From: Deltaproteobacteria bacterium
GTDB taxonomy: Bacteria > Myxococcota_A > UBA796 > SXON01
Direction: 5' to 3'
Length of the DNA: 64,000 bases
Assembly (NCBI GenBank): GCA_014191855.1
Contig: BJHF01000010.1
Span: forward strand, 1,121-65,120
The notes below the pieces were generated by a model. It searched no databases, was not told the DNA's origin, and saw nothing but the letters and a program-made list of their open reading frames with translations. Positions 18,718-25,672 of the stretch are shown here, piece by piece. Numbering within the stretch: position 1 is the stretch's first letter; each line of letters begins with the position of its first letter. A program made the position numbers and the translations under genes.

Positions 18718-19331
18718 GCGCCGGTGTCCTCGGTCTCGCCGCCGGTGTCCGCTTCTGCCGCGGTGTCTTCGCCGTCACCGGTGTCGTCGCCGTCACCGGT
18801 GTCGTCGGGCTCGCCCTCGATCGACGCCGACACCACGACGATCTCCGTCTCTTCGGTGCCCTGCTCGTCGGCCTCCAGCGCCGCGGTCATCGCCAGGTTC
18901 ATATAGGCGCCACCCTCGAGCACCTCGACCTCGACCTCGTAGGTGCGGCTCACCGTCGCCCCCGCGGGGAAGGACTCGTCGGGAATTTCCAGGCGCACCG
19001 GCAGCTCGGGGCTGCTGGGCTGATTCGTGACGAGCACCGCGCCCAGCTCATCGCGAATGGTGATGGCGTAGGTCAGCCCGGCCGGCTCCACCACCCCGCC
19101 AAAATAGGTCACGTGAACGGTCCCTCCCGAGGACTCGGGTGTCGTCCACGCGAACGTGGTGGTTGCGACGAACGTATCCCCCGCCTGAAGCCGCGCCGTT
19201 TCCAGCTCAACACGGGCCTCCCCGGCCCAAACCGACTCGATCCCCGGCTCCTTGATGGTTGAGGGGCTGCTGGTGGCAATGGAGGCGGCACCCGCAGTGG
19301 CCAGGGCGAGCAAGTGGAGGAAGCGGCGCAT
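18714..19331 (-). CDS. Secreted hypothetical protein with acidic DTG-rich C-terminus
   Basis: Trimmed to the ATG at 19331. Signal peptide MRRFLHLLALATAGAASIA. The C-terminus is EGEPDDTGDGDDTGDGEDTAAEADTGGETEDTGA. Confidence 0.65.
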   Translation of the reverse strand: MRRFLHLLALATAGAASIATSSPSTIKEPGIESVWAGEARVELETARLQAGDTFVATTTFAWTTPESSGGTVHVTYFGGVVEPAGLTYAITIRDELGAVLVTNQPSSPELPVRLEIPDESFPAGATVSRTYEVEVEVLEGGAYMNLAMTAALEADEQGTEETEIVVVSASIEGEPDDTGDGDDTGDGEDTAAEADTGGETEDTGA

Positions 19332-19450
19332 GAGCGGTCCGGGGTTGCTAACCGCTGAACAAACCGGGTGCCAAACCGCGCGTTCCGGATTCACGGGCTT
19401 CGTTGGGACGGATGTCCCCAGGACGATCGGGCCGACCGAAACAGGCGCGA

Positions 19451-19496
19451 CACCAAAGTCGGGCCCCGGCACCCCCGTCGGGGAGCGCCAGGGCCC
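19451..19496 (-). terminator. Candidate intrinsic terminator after the HNH gene
   Basis: The minus strand reads GGGCCCUGGC-GCUCCCCGACGGGGGU-GCCGGGGCCC, a 10-bp outer stem with one G-U and an inner CCCC/GGGG. It is followed by GACUUUGGUGU. The U tract is weak. Confidence 0.4.
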
Positions 19497-19502
19497 TCGC
19501 GA

Positions 19503-20120
19503 TCACCCCTCCGCGGTGCCCGCCGCCGCCTCCGGCGCCAGCAGCACCACACGCGGCAGGTACGTCTCCCACCCCGTGGGGAGCCGCCTCAGGCGCGCGA
19601 GCGACATCCGGAGAATGTCCGCTTGTGTAGGCAAACGCGGCAACGCACGAAGCGTCATGTTCGCCTGCTGGGGCGTACGGTTCGCCTTGTACTGGTTGCA
19701 TCGCTTGCACGCCGTGATGGCGTTTTCCCACGAGGTGGTGTTCACCCACTTGCGCGCCCAGTAAAGATACACCTTCCCCTGCCGGGCCTGCGCCCGGGGA
19801 ACCACATGGTCGAGCGTGAGCTCACCGCGGTCGGGCCGACCGTCGGGAAAAGACGGCGCCCAGCCGCAGTACTGGCAGGTGTGCTGGTCGCGCGCAAGCA
19901 CCGCCCGCGCATTGAACCGCACCCGGCTCCGCACGTTCCGGTACTTGCGCAACGCGATCACCGCGGGCCAAGGGAGCACAAGTCGCTCCGAGCGGATGTA
20001 CCGATCGGCCACGTCCTCCACGGAGATGGCGGTGCCGTCGAGCAACATCTCGACAGCGCGCTCCCACGAGGTCACCTTCATGGGCGTGTAGTCGGCGTTC
20101 AACTGGAGGACTTGTAACAT
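19503..20120 (-). CDS. HNH endonuclease
   Basis: Track ORF 19503..20312 trimmed to the ATG at 20120, because the upstream part is read-through across tRNA genes. CQYCG...LTLDHVVPRAQ...WENAITACKRCNQYKANR is the HNH/McrA-type Cys4 + His-Asn motif. Confidence 0.85.
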   Translation of the reverse strand: MLQVLQLNADYTPMKVTSWERAVEMLLDGTAISVEDVADRYIRSERLVLPWPAVIALRKYRNVRSRVRFNARAVLARDQHTCQYCGWAPSFPDGRPDRGELTLDHVVPRAQARQGKVYLYWARKWVNTTSWENAITACKRCNQYKANRTPQQANMTLRALPRLPTQADILRMSLARLRRLPTGWETYLPRVVLLAPEAAAGTAEG

Positions 20121-20190
20121 GGTGTTCACTTGGGCATAGGGGTCCACACCGCACGACTCGAACGTGTCAATCGAGCCACGTGTGGGTGAC

Positions 20191-20264
20191 TGGCGGGGTA
20201 GGAAGGAATCGAACCTTCGTCGTCCGGTTAACGGCCGGGCGCTCTTCCATTGAGCTACAACCCC
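20191..20264 (-). tRNA. tRNA-Asn (GTT), slightly off-consensus
   Basis: 74 nt including encoded CCA. My fold: acceptor GGGGUUG/CUACCCC with one U-U mismatch, and D loop AAUGGAA. The anticodon loop is CCGUUAA, where C at position 33 is unusual. The T arm is GAAGG-UUCGAUU-CCUUC. Confidence 0.75.
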
Positions 20265-20271
20265 GAATAGG

Positions 20272-20343
20272 TCGGAGAACCTGGACTTGAACCAGGAACC
20301 TCTCGGTTCCAAACCGAGCGCTCCACCATTGAGCTATTCCCCG
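20272..20343 (-). tRNA. tRNA-Pro (TGG)
   Basis: 72 nt with no encoded CCA. Acceptor CGGGGAA/UUCUCCG with one G-U, D arm GCUC-AAUGGUG-GAGC, anticodon loop UUUGGAA, and T arm CCUGG-UUCAAGU-CCAGG. Confidence 0.9.
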
Positions 20344-20351
20344 AAAAGAAA

Positions 20352-20425
20352 GGTGATCGACCGGACTCGCACCGGCTTGAAACGGCTCCACAAGCCGTTG
20401 TTTCGTCTACTTCAACCTCGATCAC
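20352..20425 (-). tRNA. Non-canonical tRNA-like gene, His anticodon (GTG)
   Basis: 74 nt with no CCA. Perfect 7-bp acceptor GUGAUCG/CGAUCAC and C73. Anticodon arm ACGGC-UUGUGGA-GCCGU. T arm GCCGG-UGCGAGU-CCGGU, with G at position 55. Position 8 is A, the D stem is only GUU/AAC, and the D loop GAAGUAGACGA has no GG. The base at -1 is U, so no G-1 is encoded. Confidence 0.55.
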
Positions 20426-20427
20426 AG

Positions 20428-20503
20428 TGGCGGCCCCGACGGGTGCTTCCCCCGCTATCTCCGCTTAGACAGAGCGGTGACTCTGATGTATGTCTCCAGG
20501 GCC
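20428..20503 (-). tRNA. Non-canonical tRNA-like gene, Asp anticodon (GTC)
   Basis: 76 nt including G73 and encoded CCA. Acceptor GGCCCUG/CGGGGCC with one G-U. Anticodon arm CCGCU-CUGUCUA-AGCGG, with U at position 37. T arm GCGGG-GGAAGCA-CCCGU, a non-UUC loop. Position 8 is G, the D stem is GAC/GUC, and the D loop AUACAUCAGA has no GG. Confidence 0.5.
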
Positions 20504-20506
20504 AGA

Positions 20507-20582
20507 TGGTGCGCGAACCCGGGTTCGAACCGGGATTTCAGCCTTCGGACGGCGGTGTCCTCTCCAATTGGACGATCCACGC
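20507..20582 (-). tRNA. tRNA-Arg (CCG)
   Basis: 76 nt including CCA. Acceptor GCGUGGA/UUCGCGC with two G-U pairs, and D arm GUCC-AAUUGGAGA-GGAC. The anticodon loop is GUCCGAA, with one C-U mismatch in its stem. The T arm is CCCGG-UUCGAAC-CCGGG. Confidence 0.85.
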
Positions 20583-20586
20583 GAAT

Positions 20587-20665
20587 TGGTGCACACGGCA
20601 GGACTTGAACCTGCGACCTCTCGATTCGTAAACGAGTGCTCTGATTCCGACTGAGCTACGTGCGC
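20587..20665 (-). tRNA. tRNA-Arg (ACG)
   Basis: 79 nt including CCA. Acceptor GCGCACG/CGUGUGC with one G-U, an 11-nt D loop containing GG, anticodon loop UUACGAA, and T arm GCAGG-UUCAAGU-CCUGC. Confidence 0.9.
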
Positions 20666-20860
20666 CTGAAAGGGGAGGTGAAAACGCAGAGAGCCCGGCT
20701 TCCTTGCGGGGCCGGGCTCTCCTGGTTGAACCTTGAGAAGGTTTACAACATGGGAACCCGGGTGGAGGGATTGTGGAGGCTCGGCTTCGCACAAATCCGC
20801 CCAGCGACGATGGAATCGTCTCGGTGGTCGGTGCTCGGCAGGCGTCGCGTCATCTTGGTC

Positions 20861-20925
20861 AATGTGGCGCTGACCGGGTTGATTGTCAAATGAAAAGTGA
20901 AAGTATTTCTTTAGTTCTCCTACCC
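20861..20925 (-). promoter_or_regulatory. Candidate promoter with A/T-rich UP-like element for the tRNA operon
   Basis: The minus strand has TTGACA (20889-20884), a 17-nt spacer, then CACATT (20866-20861). Directly upstream is GGGTAGGAGAACTAAAGAAATACTTTCACTTTTCAT, the most A/T-rich stretch nearby. The -10 element is weak. Confidence 0.3.
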
Positions 20926-20929
20926 CCAC

Positions 20930-21604
20930 TCACTCAGGAACCCTCAAGTCCTCCCGTAGTTGGGCGTTGAACCCTGCGATCACCGCGTCTGCCTGGTCCC
21001 GCGATACCCAGCGCCGCACCGGCGTTGTCAGGTGCTTCGCTGGCGGCGGCTCCGCGAACGACACCACCAACATGCCAAAGCCCGCCGCCCCCGCGACGGC
21101 CGCGCCCGCCACGAACGCATCTTGCCGGGTGAGCGCCTCCACCCACGCGGCATTCCCCACGTCCTCGTTGAGCGGACGCACCGCGGCCACGCCGAGGGCG
21201 CTCACCGCGAACGCCCCCAGGCTCAGCGTGCGCCACCCCCACTCGGTGCGTCGCGCCCGCGCCTTCGCCGCCCGTTCGTACCCGGCCCGGTCGCCCGTCA
21301 GCGCCGCCCACGTAGTCAGATCAATCTCGTGACCATGCCCGTCAACCACCGTCCACATCACCCGCTCTGTTCGGTGCAACGCGAGCTGTTCGTAGCGGGC
21401 GGCTGCGACGCCGCTCTCGATCACCGGTCCCGTCACCTCCACCGGCCCTGCCGCTCCCATCGCACCGGGGATCGCCGCCTCCTCGGGCGCGACCAGCGTT
21501 GCCGGCCCGGCCACAGTCGTCCGGGCCGGCTCCTCCGCCAGCGCCTGGCTCAGACTCGCGACGCCGACCCAGAGCGTGAACACCGACGCCTCCGCACGGC
21601 GCAC
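20930..21604 (-). CDS. Secreted/membrane hypothetical protein
   Basis: 224 aa with a GTG start; an alternative GTG lies at 21583. Signal-like VFTLWVGVASLSQALA and a C-terminal hydrophobic segment AGAAVAGAAGFGMLVV. Confidence 0.6.
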   Translation of the reverse strand: MRRAEASVFTLWVGVASLSQALAEEPARTTVAGPATLVAPEEAAIPGAMGAAGPVEVTGPVIESGVAAARYEQLALHRTERVMWTVVDGHGHEIDLTTWAALTGDRAGYERAAKARARRTEWGWRTLSLGAFAVSALGVAAVRPLNEDVGNAAWVEALTRQDAFVAGAAVAGAAGFGMLVVSFAEPPPAKHLTTPVRRWVSRDQADAVIAGFNAQLREDLRVPE

Positions 21605-21618
21605 GATAACCTGCCGCT

Positions 21619-23118
21619 GTGCTCCGCCTCCTGCTCCTGGCCCATGGGGCCGCCGCCGAAGAGTCGGCCGCCGCCGCGGTCGCGGCTGCCGTCGCCGACC
21701 ACGACGTGGAGATCTTGCGCCCGCGCTTGGGGATGGGGGCGTTCGCCGGGGTGGACGACGCGACGACGACGCCGAAAGGCGGGCTTCGCCCCTTCTGGAT
21801 CGCGCAGTACGAGCACGAGCCGGTGGTGTTCTATTCGGAGGGGAATTGGTTCGGCACGGTGGTAGGTCGGCGCTTCTGGAGCGAGCTTGGGGTCGCGTAT
21901 GGCGCGTTGCGCTGGCTCGATGTGGGCGCGGGGATCCCGGTTGCGTACAGCTTCGGGTCGGACGATACGCGCTACACGGCCGATGGTGCCGCGTTGGGGG
22001 ATCTGCAGACCATCGCCCGGGCGCGGGTGCTGCATGTTCAAACCTTCGATCTGCTCGTTCGCGCGGAGGCGTCGTGGCCGCTCGGCACCCGGAGCGCCTG
22101 GATGAGCGATCCGCTGGTTCGTCCCTCGGTGGCGGTCGTGGCCGCGCTCACCGGGGAGCGGGTACGCGGGTCCGTGGACCTTGGCGTGCTCGGCCGCCCC
22201 GTGGAAGACAGCGGCGCCCACTGGATCCTCTCGACGCAGTTCACGGGCGGCGCCGCGTTCGCGTGGGCCGCAGTGCCGCGTCGGCTGGATCTGAACTACG
22301 CCCTGGCCACCCGGATCGACACCGAGGCGCCGGGGCTGCGCTCATCTCGGGCGATTGAGCTGCTGTTTGGCGTCACCGGCCACCCGGGAAGGGGCGTGGA
22401 CGTCGCGACCGGTGGTGGGGTCGGCCTCTCCGGCGGGGTCGGAGAGCCGACCGCGCGCGCGTTCGTTGACCTCCGCTGGCTCCTCGAGCGCGCCAAGCCG
22501 AAGGTGGAGCCCGCAATCGTGGCCGACGTCTCGCTCCCCGAGGCCGAGGTGCCGGAGCCGCCGCCTCCCGAGGCCCCTCCCACCACCCGGATGGAGGTGT
22601 GGAAGGAGGATCAGCTCGCGCGCGTGGAGGAGAACGAGATCACCATCCGCGACCCGATCCAATTCGAATTCGCGAAGGACGTGATCCTGCCCGAGTCGCT
22701 GCCCACGCTGGTGGCCGTCGCGGAGCTCCTACGTACGGATGGCCGCATCCTCCACGTCGTCATCCAGGGCCACGCGAGCGACGAAGGGAGCTTCATCTAC
22801 AACTATGACCTCTCGGGTCGGCGCGCCCGTGCCGTTTGGGAGGCGCTCGTTCGGGCCGGCGTCCATCCCGATCGGATCAGCTACCAGGGGATGGGAGAGG
22901 TGGTGCCCACCCGGGTTGGCCACGAGGAGACCGAGCTCGCGGCGAACCGGCGCGTCCTGTTCCGCATCGTCCGCCTGCTTGAGCCCGGCGAAACCGCCCC
23001 TTCGCTCCCGGGCGCGATCCTGATCCCGTGGAGCGGCGAGGCCGGGCAAACGGTTACGCCGCCTCCGCCGCCCGCTCCGCCGCCGCCCCCCACCATCGAA
23101 GACGACGAGGACGAATGA
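21619..23118 (+). CDS. OmpA-family outer-membrane protein (beta-barrel-like N-domain + OmpA C-terminal domain)
   Basis: 499 aa with a GTG start and a Pro-rich linker (PEPPPPEAPP). The C-terminus IQFEFAKDVILPES...LHVVIQGHASDEGSFIYNYDLSGRRARAVWEALV..GV...I.YQGMGE..P......ELAANRRVLFRIV is the OmpA_C peptidoglycan-binding pattern. Confidence 0.85.
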   Translation: MLRLLLLAHGAAAEESAAAAVAAAVADHDVEILRPRLGMGAFAGVDDATTTPKGGLRPFWIAQYEHEPVVFYSEGNWFGTVVGRRFWSELGVAYGALRWLDVGAGIPVAYSFGSDDTRYTADGAALGDLQTIARARVLHVQTFDLLVRAEASWPLGTRSAWMSDPLVRPSVAVVAALTGERVRGSVDLGVLGRPVEDSGAHWILSTQFTGGAAFAWAAVPRRLDLNYALATRIDTEAPGLRSSRAIELLFGVTGHPGRGVDVATGGGVGLSGGVGEPTARAFVDLRWLLERAKPKVEPAIVADVSLPEAEVPEPPPPEAPPTTRMEVWKEDQLARVEENEITIRDPIQFEFAKDVILPESLPTLVAVAELLRTDGRILHVVIQGHASDEGSFIYNYDLSGRRARAVWEALVRAGVHPDRISYQGMGEVVPTRVGHEETELAANRRVLFRIVRLLEPGETAPSLPGAILIPWSGEAGQTVTPPPPPAPPPPPTIEDDEDE

Positions 23119-24206
23119 TGCTGCTGCTCCTCGCTGAATTGGCCAACGCCGCCTGCGGGAACGAGACCCTCACCCAGGATCTCAACTGCAACAACATCGA
23201 CGTTTCGCTGGAGCTGCCGGTCGACATCACCGATCCGTTCTGCGCCGCCAACGTAGATTCGACCGGCGCCCCGTACCCGAACGCCGACTGGTACTTTGAT
23301 TACACCTCCTATGGCTGCGAGTGGTACGTCGGAACGCTCGACCTGGACGGCGATGGCCTGGGGTCTGGCAGTTTCCAAGGCATCGGGGAGGATGGGATGA
23401 TCGATCTCACGATCATCCTCGAATGTGACAACTGCCCCGAGGACGCGAACCTCGATCAGGTGGACGAGGACTGCGATGACGTCGGCAACGTGTGTGACAA
23501 CTGCATCGTGGTGGAGAACCCGGACCAGGGCGACCTCGACTCCGACGGGTTCGGCGACGTGTGCGACAACTGTCCGCCGATCCCCAACCCGCTGCAATCC
23601 GACCTCGACGGGGACACGATCGGCGATGAGTGTGACAACTGCCCGCTCGTGCCCAACGGTGACCAGGACGACACCGACAACGACGCCTGGGGGGATGTGT
23701 GCGACAACTGTATCAGCATGCCAAACCTTGATCAATCCGATCTCGACGTGGATGGCTATGGCGACGTGTGTGATGCCTGCCCGCTCACCTTTGATCTCAG
23801 CAACTTCGACGTCGACACCGACTCGGTGGGCGATGTTTGCGACAACTGCCCCTCCGACGTGAACACCGATCAAACCGACAGCGACCTCGATCTGCTCGGC
23901 GACGTATGCGACAACTGCCCCGACATCCCCAACGCACCGCAGCTCAACAGCGATGGGGACCGCCGCGGGGATGTGTGCGACGATTGCCCCTTCCTCGCGG
24001 ACAAGGACGGGGTGGACTGGGACCACGATGGCTTCGCCGAGTGCGACGATGACCGTTTGCTTGGGGGCGCAGCCCGCTGCGGCGTTGAAGCGTCGGTCGG
24101 GCTCTGGCCCGGACTCTTGGCGCTCGCGCTTACGGGCACCCGTCGACGGCCACCAGGTAGGTCGCCTCCACGCGCTGGCCGCCTTCGGGGATGGCGTTGG
24201 CGTTGA
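23115..24206 (+). CDS. Thrombospondin type 3 repeat (calcium-binding) protein with MYXO-CTERM-like tail
   Basis: The ATG at 23115 overlaps the OmpA stop (ATGA). There are about 9 copies of DxDxDGxGDxCDNCPxxxNPxQ. Near the C-terminus, RCGVEASVGLWPGLLALALTGTRRR is Cys + hydrophobic + Arg. Confidence 0.85.
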   Translation: MMLLLLAELANAACGNETLTQDLNCNNIDVSLELPVDITDPFCAANVDSTGAPYPNADWYFDYTSYGCEWYVGTLDLDGDGLGSGSFQGIGEDGMIDLTIILECDNCPEDANLDQVDEDCDDVGNVCDNCIVVENPDQGDLDSDGFGDVCDNCPPIPNPLQSDLDGDTIGDECDNCPLVPNGDQDDTDNDAWGDVCDNCISMPNLDQSDLDVDGYGDVCDACPLTFDLSNFDVDTDSVGDVCDNCPSDVNTDQTDSDLDLLGDVCDNCPDIPNAPQLNSDGDRRGDVCDDCPFLADKDGVDWDHDGFAECDDDRLLGGAARCGVEASVGLWPGLLALALTGTRRRPPGRSPPRAGRLRGWRWR

Positions 24207-25647
24207 ACAGCACCGAGTTGTCTGCTGCGTTGTAGGTCCACTCCGTCCAAACGTCCCCGTCCAGGGTGACCTCCAGGGTGGTGAGCGAGGGCACCCAGGA
24301 CAACGGGAGGCGGTCCACCGGCGGTTCGGTCGCGATGGCCACGATCTCGGCGAAGTATTCCGTCCAGTCGCTCTCGCAGATGCTGAACACATCGCCACCG
24401 GTGAGGGTGGCGGCCTCGATATAGCCGCTCCCAAGGTTGGCGGTGCTGCAGCCGTTGGGCGCCGGCCCCACGATGGCGACGATGGTGGCTGTCGGCGCCG
24501 AGTCGAGGATCTGCGCCGTTACCGTGCTCCAGCCCTGTCGAGACTGCTCCGGTTCGTCGGATACCAGCAGCACCATCGTCTTGCTGTCATCCCGAACAAA
24601 CCCGGCGTTACAGCCGCCGAAGGTCTCTTCGAGCGCGTTGTTCGCCACGGTGAGCCCGGCTTCTGTCCAATTGCCGCCCCCCCGGGTGACGCCCGTGCTG
24701 AACTGCGTCGCGGCGTCCGCCACGTACGGCGAAAGGATGTCCGTGTTCCGGCAGCCGTCGTCGTCGTTGGCCACGATGAGCTGCCAGTCCGTGAGGGTGG
24801 CCTCAAGATTGTAGATGAACGTGCTGAAGTTCGAGGCGAGCCGGGCCTGGTCGTCGTCCATCGAGCCGGACTGATCGACGTACACCAGCACGTCGGTCTT
24901 GTCCCACGGGCCCGTGCCCTGCACGAGGTGATCCTCCGCTTCATCGGGAGGCTCTTCCACGTAGGCGCTCACGCCGGCGATCGTAACGCCGGCGGGATCG
25001 TTGGACGAGACGTACAACATCGCCTCGTGGTCTGCGAAGTCGGTAGATGTGAACTGGATGCCCAGCGCCGTGGACTCGTCCGGCTCCAACGAGAACGGGA
25101 ACGCGGGCGGCTCGGGCGTGGTGAACCCGCTTCCGACGAGGATCGCGCTCTCGATGGTCAACGTCGTGGTGCCGACGTTCACCAGCTCCACCTGACCATC
25201 CCGCTCGCAGCCCGGGGGAACGCTCCCCATGTCGTACGGCTTCGGCGAAACTCGCAGCGCCGGGTACAGCCCCTCGCCTCGGAGGTTCGTAGTTACGACG
25301 GGGCTCGCGACGGCGTTGCTGGTCACGATGAGGTCGGCGGTGAGCTTCTGGCTGGTCGGGGTGAACGCGATGTCCACGGTTGCGGATTCGTTCGGCCCCA
25401 ACGAGTCGGGGAGCTCGGTGAGCAGGGTGAAGGCGGCTGATCCGTCGATCGTGAACGACTCGATCGTGAGGCTCGCGTCGCCGATGTTGGTCGCGGTGAT
25501 GGTCCGGATCGCCGTCTCCGTCTCCGCGATCGCGCCGAAGTCGGCGATCATCGGGTCGAGCTGCAGGATGGGCACGAAGCCGTCGGCGCCGCCATCGCGC
25601 GCGAGATTGCTGTCGGAGCACGACGCGAGCAGCAGGATGGGCACCAT
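24130..25647 (-). CDS. Lipoprotein with Ig-like (ASH/choice-of-anchor-D-like) domains and a VWA domain
   Basis: Trimmed to the ATG at 25647. Lipobox LLLASC. Two all-beta segments carry NIGDASLTIESF and NVGTTTLTIESA. VLVYVDQSGSMDDD is a DxSxS MIDAS motif, followed by a Rossmann-like VWA pattern. Confidence 0.8.
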   Translation of the reverse strand: MVPILLLASCSDSNLARDGGADGFVPILQLDPMIADFGAIAETETAIRTITATNIGDASLTIESFTIDGSAAFTLLTELPDSLGPNESATVDIAFTPTSQKLTADLIVTSNAVASPVVTTNLRGEGLYPALRVSPKPYDMGSVPPGCERDGQVELVNVGTTTLTIESAILVGSGFTTPEPPAFPFSLEPDESTALGIQFTSTDFADHEAMLYVSSNDPAGVTIAGVSAYVEEPPDEAEDHLVQGTGPWDKTDVLVYVDQSGSMDDDQARLASNFSTFIYNLEATLTDWQLIVANDDDGCRNTDILSPYVADAATQFSTGVTRGGGNWTEAGLTVANNALEETFGGCNAGFVRDDSKTMVLLVSDEPEQSRQGWSTVTAQILDSAPTATIVAIVGPAPNGCSTANLGSGYIEAATLTGGDVFSICESDWTEYFAEIVAIATEPPVDRLPLSWVPSLTTLEVTLDGDVWTEWTYNAADNSVLFNANAIPEGGQRVEATYLVAVDGCP

Positions 25648-25672
25648 CGGGACATGATAGCATCGGAGCACG

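Noticed and set aside
20352-20503. Considered whether the two odd elements could be tRNA-Sec (needed for the selenoprotein), or one SRP/4.5S-like RNA because of a GGAAGCA string.
   Set aside because: The anticodons are GUG and GUC, not UCA, and there is no long variable arm or 8/5 acceptor/T geometry. Apart from the short string there is no match to the SRP domain IV pattern.
20689-20721. GC-rich 11-bp hairpin followed by UGCGUUUU on the minus strand, considered as the terminator of gene 20930..21604.
   Set aside because: I did not call it as a feature. It lies 24 nt upstream of the first tRNA and downstream of the only promoter-like sequence, so a terminator role would silence the tRNA operon. 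Its function is unresolved, and it is mentioned under the tRNA array finding.
20167-20929. ORFs 20167..20391, 20287..20631, 20465..20929 and the 5' part of 19503..20312.
   Set aside because: They are translations across tRNA genes and their leader, including the classic ...AQWKSARPLTGRRRFDS... type of artefact.
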